Assembly: GCF_963921235.1 (NCBI RefSeq)
Contig: NC_086097.1
Span: forward strand, 36,148,001-36,212,000
Source of the DNA: Mobula hypostoma
Lineage: Eukaryota
Direction: 5' to 3'
Length of the DNA: 64,000 nt
Shown in pieces: positions 11,044 through 24,479 of the stretch (its first letter is position 1; each line of letters begins with the position of its first letter). The position numbers were made by a program, and so were the translations under genes. Under the pieces are notes generated by a model. That model did no database searches and was not told the DNA's origin. It was given only the letters and a program-made list of their open reading frames with translations.

Positions 11044-11907
11044 TGTGACAAGAATACACATAGATTACGATGTAGCTGTCCTGTGCTGGCACCAGTGGAA
11101 TCAGCAGTTGGTCTGCCACCTGTCTTCAGGAGAGAGAGAGATAAGGAAAACAATGGAGCAGCATGTGGAGATGTTAATGAAGGAAGGAGAGCTGTCAAGA
11201 GCGGCTCCCCCTTTGAACCCTGAACTGTTTGAAGTGATGGACAGGCGATACCCCAGCAGGGGGATAAAAAGGGACAGGTTCGCTAAGGCAGGACACACAC
11301 ACGACACCCGAGGTAACAAGACCCTGGAAACGGTGCGTTTCTCACAAGTCGGTGGGAAGTACCGGGCCATAAACGCACAGGGTGGAAAGGCACGATCGGT
11401 GGGAACCTGGTGTGTGTCCACCCTTGCCTGGGTGCCAGGTTCAGCACAGGGAAACGATCGTATCTGGAAACGGAGGGGTCACGGTCGGTGACCTCAGATG
11501 ACATCACAAAGGACTCGCCCGAAAGCTGACTGCGAAGAATATCGAAGGTCTGTGTGGAAGCCGTTTGAATATTCATTCGTTTTTGCTCTCTCTCTCCTTC
11601 CCCCCACTGTCCACGCCACGGCAGCGATTACACTGCGAACTGAACTGAACTAAATTGAACTGAACTTTGCGTCACTTTGAAACTGGTCATTTACCCCTAG
11701 ACAACGATAGAGCTTGATTGATCCTGTTATCTGAATTCTGTGAACATGTACGTTTATCATTGCTGAACTGTTGCATTCATTATCCTTTTGATTAGAGTAT
11801 TGTGTTGCTTGTTTCTTTAATAAAACTTTCTTAATTCTAGTAATCCAGACTCCAACTGAGTGATCCATTTCTGCTGGTTTGGCAACCCAGTTACGGGGTA
11901 CATAACA
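11044..11907 (+). repeat. 3' LTR
   Basis: TGTGACAAG...ATAACA followed by the TSD GCCG. Confidence 0.95.
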
Positions 11908-11911
11908 GCCG

Positions 11912-12670
11912 ATTCTCAGATGGCAATGAGTCAGCTTATCGGAATGAGAGGGAGCACCTGGATGAGTGATGCCATAAAAACAACTTCTCGCTCAATGTCA
12001 GCAAAACTAATGAGCTTGTTATTGACTTCACGAAGGGGAAAGAGTGCAAACATGAGTCAGACTACATTGGGGAAATCGGTGGTGGAGAGAGTCAGCAGCT
12101 TTAAATTCCTAGGCTTCAATATATGACCTGGTCTGGGCCTAGCACATTTATATAATCATAAAGAAAGCATGCCAGTGTCTTTACTTTCTTAGGAGGTTCG
12201 GTTTATCATCAAACTTCTACAGATGTACTTTTCAAAGCATCCTGAACGATCTAGTAGAACAATGTGAATGTGCAGGAATGTAGGAAGATACAGAGCGTAG
12301 TGGACTCTGCTCAATACATCAAGGGTACATCCCTCCCCATTGGTAGCATCCATACTAGGCACTGCCTCATGCAGGCAACGTCGATCAACAAAGATCCCCA
12401 CCATCCGAGCCATGCCATCTTTTCATAGCTACCATTGGATAGGAGGTGCAGAAGCCCGAAGTCCCATACCACCAGGTTGAAAAATAGCTACATGTCTTCA
12501 ACCATTCAGTTCTTGAGCTAACCAGCAAAGCCTTAATCACTACAGTTCAGCAACTCTGAACACTTTGAGCTCTTTGCACTAAAATGGACTTTTTTCTGTT
12601 CTAATTGTTTTCTTGTAAAGAAAATTGTCCATACATGTACTTGTGCACATAACAAGAAACTCAACTTTGA
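11912..12670 (+). mobile_element. Rex1/Babar LINE 3' part (continuation after the LTR element)
   Basis: SDGNESAYRNE...NNFSLNVSKTNELVIDF...VERVSSFKFLG...KDPHHPSHAIFS*LPLDRR. Confidence 0.8.
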
Positions 12671-13399
12671 CTTTCTTATTTTACAAAAACATAGATTTTC
12701 AGATAACTTGTTAAGCTATTTATATTACGGAAATAATTGTGAATTGATTATCTAAATTATGTAAGTTTGAAATAAGGGAGTGACAGATATACCAGTAATA
12801 TGAATGCAGAACAAGAAGTTTCACTTTTCAGAGGATCACTGACCTTCAGAAATGTCCTGGATCATGCAGTGGGCGCAGATTCACTGCAAGTGTGTAGGAA
12901 ATCAACTAGCCCCTGAAGGAAGCTGATATCATAACATGCAGAAGTTAGTTGGGAATTTAGTTTATAGCTATTCTTGTCACCAGGCTTCTGGCGAGGAAGT
13001 GAGATCTCCCAGAATTTAATTTGCCGAGGATTAAGCCAAATATTCCTTGCCTTTTCATTTGGCTTTACTTCTCTGAGGAACAGTGCAGATGCTAAAGAAT
13101 GCTCGATTGTCTAGTCATTGGTTGCCAAGTTGAATATTTGTTCATTTTATTTCTCATTTAAGCCCAATCATTGAGGGGGTGTTGCACTTCCTGAAGTGTT
13201 GTCTTTCAGAAGAGCCATTATGCCAATCTCTCACAGTCCTATGCTAGTATTTAGATTAAACGGCCAATATAAAAATCTGATCCCTGAAGCTCTGATCAAT
13301 ATGTGTTCTCCTATAGCACAAATAAAACAGGATTATTTCTTCAATCAGGATCAAATATCGACCATCCATTTCTTTCCATAGATGCTGCTTGACTTGCGG

Positions 13400-13995
13400 A
13401 ATTCAAAGTAAATTGATTATCAGAGTGCGTATACGTAACCATATACAACGCTGATTTATTTTCTTGCAGGCATACTCAAATCCTTAATAGAATAACTATA
13501 ATAGAATCAATGAATGACTGTAACAAATTGGGCATACAATGAGTGTGCAAAAGACTACAAGCTGTTCAAATACAGATAGACAGATATTGGAAATGTGGGA
13601 TGAAGTATCCGTGAAAGTAAGTCCATAGGTTATGGGAATATTTCAATGATGGAGCAAGTGAAGTTATCCCCTTTGGTTTCAGGGCCTGATGATTGAGGGG
13701 TAATAACTTTTCCAGAATCTAGTGATGCAAGTCCTTAGGCTCCTCTATCTTCTTCCTGATGGCAGCAGTGAGAGGAGAGCTTGTCCTCGGTGGTGGGCGT
13801 CCCTGATGATGGATGCTGCTTTCCTACGACAACATTTTGTGTAGGTGTGCTCAATGGTGGGAACAGCTTTACCTGTGTGGACTGGGTAGTATCCACTATT
13901 TTTTGTACGATTTTCCATTCAAGGGCATTTGTGTTTCTATACCAGACTGTGATGCAGCCATTGAACATATTCTCCACCACACATCTACAGAAATT
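13400..13995 (-). mobile_element. Rex1/Babar LINE 3' fragment
   Basis: CRCVVENMFNGCITVWYRNTNALEWKIVQKIVDTTQS; tail ttcaaagtaaattgattatc. Confidence 0.7.
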
Positions 13996-14120
13996 CCTCC
14001 AGCTGTTTCTTTTTCCCTTCAGATTCCAGTACCTTCAGTCCCTTGAGCTGGGTTTACCTATTCAGCAATTCTGTCTGAATACACATTTACCTGTTGTGTT
14101 TTCTTCATTACAACAGTTAA

Positions 14121-14614
14121 GGCTGATTTATACCTCTGCATCAACTCGACGCCGTAGGTACGGCGTCGCCGCGAACCCTACGCAGATCTCTACGCCGTAG
14201 CCTGACGTGCGCCTCTCCCAAAATGTAACTACGCGTCGCAGACTGCAACAACTGTGATTGGTCCGCTTGGTAGCATCGCATTTCCTCCTACGCTGCAATA
14301 GCTTCCCATTGGGCGACTGAAGGGCAGGGAAGGAACTCTGGCTGCAATGCTTTCCATAAAGCTTTACAGACCTCCGAAATTATGGAGGCCACATTTCGCT
14401 TTTACGAAAAAAGATGCTCGCTTTAAACTTGTTTATCCCGAGAAAGACTACCATGACCATGAAGCCTTGCACGGGCAGGTGTGTGCGCACGTGCAACGTG
14501 CCTGAATTGCAGAGCGACGCAGACACACCAACGCACAAGTATAAATGCTCACAATGCACGCGGGCCACTTGCGTAGGTTACGCTGTCGAGTTGACGCAGA
14601 AGTATAAATCAGCC
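14121..14614. mobile_element. MITE, probably PIF/Harbinger
   Basis: 30-bp TIRs GGCTGATTTATACCTCTGCATCAACTCGAC / revcomp GGCTGATTTATACTTCTGCGTCAACTCGAC; TTA-like flank; CpG-rich, no ORF. Confidence 0.85.
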
Positions 14615-15494
14615 TTTGCTTCTCTTCTAAAGCTTTAAAAACAGTTGTAGGCATCTTGTGATATTTTATAACAAAATCAAATCACTCTATTTTCCAAACT
14701 GAGGATGCAATTACCCGGCCAAGGTTGACCATTGAAAATGGAGACTGAGAGCAGGAATGTTACTCCGGGGAGGATGCACTAGGCCCATAGAATTACTGTA
14801 CGCACAAGACAGGACAATAGCTGTGTAAACAGTCAGCAAACCACAAAACCAAGAGAAAACTGAAAATACAGGAGCTAGCAAGAGGGACTGAGAGTCTGAT
14901 GATAGTTGGATAACTGGGCACTAGGAATTCTACCTGTAAAAATTTTTAGTTAGTGAATAAGATAGTGTCTGTGATTTCAGACGCTCAGGGAGGAAACGTC
15001 GTAATTGTCTGTCTGACTTCATTTCCTGTTCTGAGTCTGTCTCCAATTCACTTCTGCCAGATTTGTTCTTCCTGGGGTGGATTAAAGGGAGCATGTTTAA
15101 TTATGCTGCCACTGTAATTGATACTGACCTCTGGTATACTGTTGAGCGACTTGTAAATCTCTGTCATATGATTGCAAGCACCATTCTGCCACATGGCCAA
15201 ATTAGCCTGTGGCATTAGCTCAGTTAAAAAGGCGAGTATTCTGACAAGGAGCGCCAACACACAGCTACTAGCACGGCAATTTGCACAGTGGGAGAATGAC
15301 AATGCTGGCCCGATGCAGGATTCTCTGGTTTAAAATGCTGGCAAAGTGTAGACTGAATCCTGCAAAGGTTCATCATTTCTGATTTTTAGCAAGATAGTGC
15401 TCTTTTAAGAAATACCTGGAAATTTTCTAAAGCTGGCAGATTTGTTCTAAAAAATTATTCCATAGGCAACATTAGCCGCTAATTGAAAATCAAA

Positions 15495-15655
15495 ATATCA
15501 GAAAATGCTGGAGATATTCACGATGTCAGGCAACATCTTTGAAAGAGACGCGGTTAACCTTTTGCTGGAGGGTTGCAGATCCAGAATGCTGACGGTTTCT
15601 CTTTCCACAGATGCTGCCTGACTTGCTGAAATTGTCCAACATTCTCCGACATTAC
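15495..15655. repeat. Old degenerate palindromic PLE-tail insertion
   Basis: gaaaatgctggagatattca...gtcaggcaacatctttgaaagaga is an imperfect reverse complement of tctctttccacagatgctgcctgacttgctgaaattgtccaacattctc. Confidence 0.55.
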
Positions 15656-16789
15656 AAATTACTTTGCTAACTTCATTGTCCCACAGACAAAACTGAGGTG
15701 AATAACCAGTTGAATTGCTACCGATGATTGGAGGATTAGCCTGTCCTGATGCAGGGTCTTGACCCAAGATATTAATTCGGAAAAGCCGAAGATTGAAGTC
15801 GAGAGCTCAGTGAGTCAGGAAGTAGGAGCCTGAAGAACGAAGTCAGAAGTTGGCAAGTCCAGAGGTAGAGGACCAATGTCTACAAGTCTGACAGTCTGGG
15901 GGCCAAAGACTGGAGGTTTGGAGACAGCCTGTCCTGAGGGTGGAGGCCTGTCTGTGTGTATGAGAGAGTGGGAAAGGGGCTTGTTTTACTGTTACTGTCT
16001 TGTTTTATGCTGTTGCACCTGCTTATGTTGTTTTGCTGAACACAGTAGGCATCCTATGTCAGTGCTGGAATGTAAGGAGGCACTTGTGGGCAGCCCCCAG
16101 CGCATCCTGGACTGTGCTGGTTGTTAATGCAAATGACACATATCACTGTATGTTTCAAATAAGTCTGAATCTGAGACACAGATGCTGCTTGGCTCCCTGA
16201 GTTCTTCCAGTTTCTGCTTTTGTGTTCTGAGAACAGCCTGTACTTTGAATATCTGAGGTATATTTTGAAACAATCTTAAAAGACAGATAACTTGTTAATT
16301 TAATAGAAATGTCAAAAACGTATTTTGTGAAGATTTTATTCCCTTTTTTCCCACTTCAGCCACTAACCTAGCCGTCTCTAAATAAAGTGCTGACCAGTCT
16401 GGTATGATGTGGACCTTTTCCCTGCACGCACACTGAACGTTACTAGGAAAATGTTCCTGTTACACTGGTGCTACAGAGCGTCACTAATAACTGCTCCTGG
16501 CAACTTGTCTATAATCACACTACTGCTGTAATTGCCTGTTTCCTGACTCTTGATCCTTTTTAAATATTAGTACAAAGTGATGCTCCCTTTGTACCGATGG
16601 AACGATCCCTAACCTGAGCCATCTGCTAGATATGCCAACAGGAAGCTCACCGAGCACTGCTCTACCTTTCTTTCAGCAAATTTTGAGTGAACTCCACCAG
16701 TCCGTTCTGTTTCATGCCCCCCCCCTTCCAGGCCGTAGTAGATCCCTGTGACATTTACAGAGCAAAGTCTGATGCACCTACATTAATCA

Positions 16790-17390
16790 CAATGAGGCTT
16801 ATTATCATTGGCATATGTCATGAAATTTGTTGTTTTGCGAATTCAGTACAGTGTAAGACATAAAAAATAAGAAATTACAACAAATAAATAGTGCAAAAGA
16901 GGGATAGCAAGGTAGTGTTCATGGACTAATGGACCATTCAGAAATATGACTGGAGAAGGGAAGAAGCTGTTCCTAAAATGTACATCTCCAGGCTCGTATA
17001 CCTCCTCCATGATGGTAGTAATGGGAAAGGGGCAAGTCCAGATGGTGAGGGTCCTTAATAATGGAGCCGGCTTTTTGAGCCTCCGTCTTCTGAAGAGTCC
17101 TCGGTGGTGGGGACGCTTGTGGTTACGACAGAGCTGTATGAATCTACAACTTTCAGTACTGTGCACTGGAACCTCTCATACCAGATGGTGATGCAACCAG
17201 TCAGAAAGCTCTCAACAGTACATCTGTAAAAATTTGAAAGAGTCCTTGCTGACAAATTGGATCTCCTCAAACAGCTAATGATATACAGCTGCTGGCATTC
17301 CTTCTTCGTGATTTTATCAATGTGTTGAGCCCAGAATAGACCCTTTGAGATGCTGACACCCAGAAAGACAAGTCAAAGTTCACAACAGTT
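16790..17390 (-). mobile_element. Rex1/Babar LINE 3' fragment
   Basis: LRRSNLSARTLSNFYRCTVESFLTGCITIWY...HFRNSFFPS. Confidence 0.75.
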
Positions 17391-18249
17391 ATTGGAATCC
17401 TCTTCATCATCTGATTCCATTGTAAATAGTCCTTCAAAGGCCCTACCCAATTCCTCTTGGACACCTAACATGATTATTATTGCTGCTGAAATTATCTGTT
17501 ACGTTCTTCTGCAGAACAGTGACTACGATTTAGAAACATTTGATTGACTGTAAAGTGCTTAAGGCCATGTTAAAAGACGTTGAAAGATGAATCTTACTTT
17601 TCTTCATTGATCTTTGGCTATTGTGCGACTTGCGACGCCTCTCACAAAGCCACAAATCCTTCTGTGTTCTGAATGCTATATACTTTTAACTTGGAAAAGC
17701 ATTTTTGTTTTGGTCTTTCACATGGTCATTTCACCATTTACGCTTGAACTTGCTGTGGGTTAAAACCTCCATACAGTGGTCAGTGGCTCCACAGAAACAT
17801 TCACTGCAGGTGACTGTCATGATGGCAGAAACAAGATAAACAACCCCATTTTTCAACCTTGATAGTTTCCCTTCACATTTTTAATTAATTTCTAGGATTT
17901 TAAGTAAAATTAATTATTTATTTAACTGTTTTAACTATCTTTAAATGTTATTTTTTGGAGAGTCATTGGAGAGTTTTAAAATTATTATAAATTTCTACCT
18001 TTCTGAGGCAGGGGCCTCAGGATCCAACACACATATTCATTTTAAAGAGAACTGAAATAACAGCTGAATAAGAAACTAGGTGAGGAGAGGGGAGAGAGAA
18101 TGGGATAGACATGGACAAGCCTTTCAGAGACTCATCTCAGTTATGTTGGGCTGAATGGTTTTGACTCTGCCAAGGGTTCTGTTATAAATCATCGTGAAAG
18201 ACAATTACTCAGCTTTATTGAGGGAGGGTGTCAGAAAAGATCAGCCTAT

Positions 18250-20260
18250 CAAGTTCAAGCTTATGGTCATTCAACCATAAATATGTGTACCACCACATGA
18301 GACAACATCCCTCTGAACACAGTACATATAACTCACACACACAAATAAATTAATATTACCACAAATAAAATTACAAATAATAAGGTACACATACGATACA
18401 TGTTAAACGTAAATATATAGCGCTACCGACGTTTCATACATGATGGGACCTAGGTGGTGGCAGGGAATTCATTAGTCTTGTGAGCAGGAGAAAGAAGCTG
18501 ATTCCCATCCTAACAGTTCTTGTCCTAGTGCTACGGTACATCCTGCCTGATGGTGGGGGGGAGGGATGGGGGGGTGTCAAAGAGATTGTTGGACGGCTGG
18601 GAAGGATCACTGACAATGCTGAGGGCCTCTGTACAGAGCCCTCCTGATAAATATCTCTGGGAAGCAAGGGAGACATCAACAATCCTCTCAGCAGTCCTCG
18701 TAATCGTTTGTAGGGACTCGTGGTCAGATGCCTTACAAATTCTTTACCAGACAGTGATGCAGCTGATCAGGGCACTCTCAATGGCACTCCTGAAAATACT
18801 AGTTGAAATGGGGGGAGGGAAAGAGTCTTAATCACCTCAATCTCCTCAGGAAATGGAGATGCCTCTGTGCTTTCTCGATCAGAGAAGTAATGTTGAGGGT
18901 CCAGGTGAGATCGTTTGTTATGTACATTTCCAGAAAACTGCTGCTCCTAACGCCCTCCATCGAGGAGGTGTGCTTGCGCAGTGGGGAGTGGTCAACCCGC
19001 ATCTTCCTGAAGTCTATTTGGTCACATCCACGTTGAGACTCGAGTTGTTACGCTCACACGTTTCTAGCAGCCGTTCTACCCCCTCTCTGTATGCTGTCTT
19101 GTCATCGTTATTGAAAAGGTCAACCACTGCTGTGTCAGCAGTGAATTTGATGATCCAGTTTGAACTGGATCTTGCTGTGCCGTCATGCGTCAGCTGCGTG
19201 AACAGCAGCTGGCCAAGCACACAGCACTGGGGAGTTAGAGATGTTTCTGCCAACAGGGGATGACTCTGGCTTTTCTGTCAAGAAGTCCAGGATCCAGTTG
19301 CAAAGAGAGGTGCTGAGACCCAACGAGGACATTTCACCCTCCAGCTTCTGAGGTTGATCATATTAAACATGAAGATGAAGTCAACAAACAGCAACTAGGC
19401 ACATGAGGGACAGGTGGACAGGACGGAATGGAGCTCAGAGGCGATGGTATCATCAATGGAACAATTTGTGTGATAAGCAAACTGGAAAGAGTCCAATGTA
19501 GCAGGAATATGGGATTTAACGCCATCCACAACCAGCTGCTCAAAGCACTTCATTATTGAAGCCACTGGACAGCAGTCATTGAAGCAAGTTCCCGTCACCC
19601 TCTTGGGATGATATGGCCACCTTGAAGCCCGACAGAACAGTGGACTGTTCCAGAGAGGTGTTGAAGATTCTGTTAAAACTTCAGTTAACTGGACTGCACA
19701 GTTCCTCAGCACCCGACAGGGTATGTTATCAAGCCCTGCAGCTGTACGTGAATTGATCCTCACAAAAGCTGTGGCCTATTGGTGTGCCTGCTCATTGGGG
19801 GGAAAGGGGGCCTTTCTCACTGGCACACCATTCTGTGCATAAAACTGAGAGCAATTGACATTCAGCCTGTCAGGAAGAGAAGTGTCACTGTCACTAGCCC
19901 GCAGGGTGGACCTGCAGTTCATTCTGGCCTGAATGCCCTGCCACATGCGCCCCGTGTCCCTGGTGTCACAGAAATGGCTCTGTGAATAATCCCATCTGCC
20001 TTCCTGATGGTGCGGGAAAGTGCAGCTTTTGCTGACCTGAGAGCTGTCTTGTCTCTCAATCTGAAGGCAGCATCCCAATCTCTCAGCCAAGCCCGGAACT
20101 CTGCTGTCAGCCATGGCTTCTGACTTGCCCTCACATAGATGTGTTTAACAACAGTGATGTCCTCTGTGCAATTCTCTACGTTCCCAGTCATAGATCTTAC
20201 CTGTTTATTGATGTAAATGTGATGGCTGCCTCCCTGAACATGTTGCAGTCTATGTTTTCA
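18250..20260 (-). mobile_element. Rex1/Babar LINE, about 2-kb 5'-truncated copy with RT domain (frameshifted)
   Basis: QKPWLTAE, AAGLDNIPCRVLRNCAVQL, IMKCFEQLV, LDSFQFAY, TPQCCVLGQLLFTQLTHD...IIKFTADTAVV, PSGRMYRSTRTRTVRMGISFF. Confidence 0.9.
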
Positions 20261-21729
20261 ATCGTCGCTTCTGCAAAGTGAATGATAAAACTTCTTCCAA
20301 TTGTTGATCTCGGTAAAACATTGTTATGTGTTCTCTTTCGAAACGGCAAATAAGATTGTCATAATTCTTTTAAAAAATAATGACCTTGAAAATAAGTGTA
20401 TTACAAATTGCCAGGCAACCAAGAAAACAAACAGTTCCCTTGGCAACAGGAAGAAAATTTTAAATGCACAGAGTATGTTTCCATCATTCCTTTATTTTCT
20501 AATATGTACTACTTTGTTTTAGTAATCACACCACTGTCTTTCACCACACACTCAGTGCAGCTCCATCCAACATTTAAAACCATCACCCAGGTTATCTCCT
20601 TTGTGATTGAGTAGCATTATATAACACGGTGGATCTGACATGAGCCCGGTCAGATCTACACACACCTCTAAGTGTCAACATTCAAAATGAAGCCAGCATG
20701 TGCAGGCTCAGCAAAGTTCATACTGGTTGGGCATGTTACATGGATAAGTTGAAGTTTACATATAAACTGGGCCGGCTAAATGCAAGCACGGTTATGTGCA
20801 GACGGATGCTGCCTCCAGGGACTACATCCCAATACTCTGTCACTCCCTGAGGTTTTCCAAGTAGTGACCAGCAAGTATCGCTGGACTTTAAACATCAACC
20901 TTAGCTCATAGTTATCACACTAATCTCCTTAAGAAGGAAGGTGGAGGCTCAAGCCCGCTCTGCAATGCAAACCTGTGATCTAGGCTCAGGCTTCAGGCTT
21001 CTGCTGAAGGGCTACAGCACTGCTGGTAGGCCTCATCTTTAAGTACAGTTTAGCTGAGGCCCACATGCTCTTTTCTTCAATATAAAAGAATACTTGATGA
21101 GTCACATGGATGAATAGATAATTTCACACAGTTTACTTACCAACATTTAGTTGTAAATCAGAAAAACAGAAGACTCTATACAGATGGGCCTCACCAGAGA
21201 TGCTCAACAGACTGGTAGCTGCATTTGCCTACAACAACGTGGTGTCCTTCTTCCCAGATAGTCTTAGAATGTGCTTTAGATATTTTGAAGTGAAATGCTC
21301 AAAGCCCAATGCAAATTGATACAGATAGGACTCCTTGTTGAGGAAGAAAGGGTGTAGAGAGCTCAGGTCATCCATTGACACATGCCAACCCGATGTATTG
21401 TGGGGAAAAATGCCTTCTAATCATGCAAAGGAACTTTCATGTCAGTGATACACACTGAACTGAAGCAAAATATTCTCTCAGTTATCAACCTTTCATAAAA
21501 ACACTTCCCTCAATTAAATATTGGGAAGACCAAAGCATCATCACGGAATTTTTGCCACCACCTGTTACCACTCTGTCAAACATCACCCGATTCCTAGGCC
21601 ATATCCAGAGCTGATCCACAACTTTCTCTTGCTTGAACAGAGGAAGTAATTGCAAATCCATCTCCAAAACTGCATATTTCCTCTTCCAAAACACTGTCTG
21701 TCTGCCCTGCATCTGCTACTGATGCCTTT

Positions 21730-22200
21730 ATCTACTCCAGACTTGATTACTTTAATGCTCAGATACACCACCTCCAATGTTCCATCCTCAATAAATCAAA
21801 ACTCTCCCACTTCCATCTGAAATCAGAACAAGTTTCTTCCACCCACCCATCAGCCCTGTGTTCTCTGGCCTACACTGGCTCCCAGTTTCAGTTTCAAAAC
21901 TATCGTCCTCACTTTGAAATTCTTCAAATGGTTTCGCCCTTCCTTCTCTCTGCTATCTTTTCCAGCCTTAAACTCTCAAAAACAAATTTGTTTTTCTCAT
22001 CCAATTCTTATTCGTCCAGAATCAATATTCCACCCTTAATGAACTGACTGCTTAAAATCTAACTTTTTGATCAACCCTTTGTGTCTTAAGGTCTCTTGGA
22101 TTCATCTAAAATCTATCCATATGGTTCAGATGTCACATTTTATTTGTTAATACCCCTATAAATCACCCTGAGACAATTCTAGCCATTAAAGATGCTATGT
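21730..22200 (+). mobile_element. Degraded L2 LINE 3' fragment
   Basis: SRLDYFNA and LHWLPV...FKTIVLTLK motifs. Confidence 0.5.
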
Positions 22201-23859
22201 TGAATTGTTTTGCAGACATACATTCATACAGCCAGATAGTTATACAGCAGAGAAACACACTCCTCAGCTCAACATTTCGATGGCACCTGTGATGCATATC
22301 TACACTAATCCTACTTGGGTGCATTACACCTTTATCCCACTACTCCTTTCCTATACAAAGCAAAGGAATTGGCTCGGTTTGGCAAAGAATTGTGAGATTT
22401 GCATTGTATTTTAATATATTAAAATATTAGAAAATGGAACAGAATGACAACTTAATTTTACTTCACCTTTCCAATGAAACTGCATGGCATTCCATGAAAA
22501 TACTCCCATCTATTTTGTCTCAAGCTCTGGGATATTGGTGTATAATCTGAAAGAGGCACAACTGAGCCGATCCCTTCACTATAATCTGCATGCCCAGCAG
22601 CCATGACACCACCAGCGGAGACGCAAGGGCAGGCTCCTGCAACCTCAGCTAACGCTCCCTCTTTTGACAAGGTGTCCAGAAGATACAATAAAGGGCTGGG
22701 CAACTGGAAGCTTATCACTTTGCCTCCAGCCATCTTTGTCCAAGTTGTTCCTTCCACAGAGATAGCACGTGAGGAAGATTGAACTACAAGCTCCATGGAA
22801 GCCTATAGACATAGATTGCAAAGTCAATCAAAACTTAGAAAGATGGTGTAGCTCTGTTCACTGTCTCTTTCCATATTTCACGTCTAATAGAAATGTTAAG
22901 AATTTATGTTGAATTTTAAATCACTATCATCCAATTAAATATCTATAGAACACGGCATAAAATCACCACCTACTTTGCCACGGATATCTGTACCTGGAAA
23001 TGACTGTGTTACAGCTCCATCTACTGCCATCATCTGAACCACGACTCTTCAATTTAGCTTGCTTTTTTAAAAAAAATCTGTGTTCAAATGCTAATTGCAC
23101 GACTTTTCAGCAGTACTGCAAGAGGAAAGTGCGAGCCCACTCATTTTGAGGCCAGGGATTTCCCTTTCAAAGTAGTAGTGAAGAATTTCAAAGCACTTTA
23201 CCTTGTAACTTCACTGGAACATTAAAGGACAGTCATTCTCCCATCAAATTCTGTCAGCTTTTCCCTGTTAGTACTCACTCAGATCAGACTTGAAGTAACT
23301 CTGGTCTGTCAGCCAAGTGTGCATGTTGACATTATTAAATCCACCTTCTCCAACCCACAACAAAACATCGCATCTACAAATCTGCCATAAGCTCTAAAAA
23401 ACTGTGTGGAAGAAGAAACAGTTCATTGACTCTGCTTCCCCGGCTGTGAATTAACAAGCTTCAGTATTAAACAGACAACATTGGCACCATCTCTCATGGC
23501 TTTAATCAATCCATACAAAACCAGGAGTTCAAAGGAAGGCAATCCTAGATACAAATTCACATTTTGCTCCACAGCACTGTAGTCCCATAAGCAAATCTAT
23601 GGTATTTTTAAAATTTTACCCACTCATTCCTCTCCCTGCTCCACCAGCAACTTCACATCAATGGAAACGACAGATTATGATGGCTTTACTGCAATTTGAA
23701 GTTAAGTGAATTTTATGTATTCCTTCCCAGGATGAGGATGTTCCTGTCAATATTGGCATCAATTGACCCTTTATAATTGCCTTGAGCGTAGGAGGCAGTA
23801 AAGAACCACAGTAATGGGCACAAGAGACGGCAGATACTGAAATCTGCCCCAAAAAAAAC

Positions 23860-24022
23860 ACTGGAGGAGCTCAACAGGGCAGGGTGCATTTGTTGGTGGG
23901 AGGGGCTGGAAAGTATTGTGGAATGCACCGTCAACATTCTGGGTCCAAATGACGGGTCTCAACCAAAAATGTTGACTATCCATTTCCCACCACAGATGCT
24001 GCTTGACCCACTGAGTTCAACC
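23860..24022. repeat. Old degenerate palindromic PLE-tail insertion
   Basis: ctggaggagctcaacagggcagggtgcatttgttggtggga versus tcccaccacagatgctgcttgacccactgagttcaacca; decayed hammerhead-like centre. Confidence 0.5.
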
Positions 24023-24479
24023 AAGATTACTTGTTCAACAACACTAATGGGTCTGAAGTCACAAGCAGGCTGAAAATGGTCAGGGTGGGGGGGCGAAATG
24101 TCCCTCTCTGAAGTATAACAGTGAAGATGAATATTATGTTTGCATTTTCTATGACACGAGTGAATCTACAACATGTTGAAATGCTGGAGTTCAGGCTGGT
24201 CTTTCTCCCCTTTTGGTCCATCCACCAAACCTGGACTTCTTTCTGGTGGTAAGTAGATTACTACACTCATGGGACAGCCATGATATTATCTTGCACCATG
24301 CAGTGGTCAGACCAATAGACGTTGTAAGAACTGAACTTCCTCAAAAAGCTCAGGCCGGATGAAGTACCCCAATCACCGAGCCAGTTCTCAAAGTACTAGA
24401 ACGGGTATGCAGATAGGTTAAAGTCTTTAGGTGTCTTAGGACTGCATTACCAAATTTAAAATCTTGCTTTAACTCCAAC

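Larger units (their letters stand above)
6934..11907 (+). mobile_element. Gypsy-superfamily Gmr1-type LTR retrotransposon, non-autonomous (internally deleted pol)
   Basis: LTRs 6934-7777 and 11044-11907 (TGT...ACA; about 22 substitutions plus a few indels by eye); 4-bp TSD GCCG at 6930-6933 and 11908-11911; PBS, PPT and gag-PR present; IN remnant precedes the RT remnant. Confidence 0.95.

Noticed and set aside
22458..22796. 112-aa minus-strand ORF
   Set aside because: No recognisable domain or splice context.
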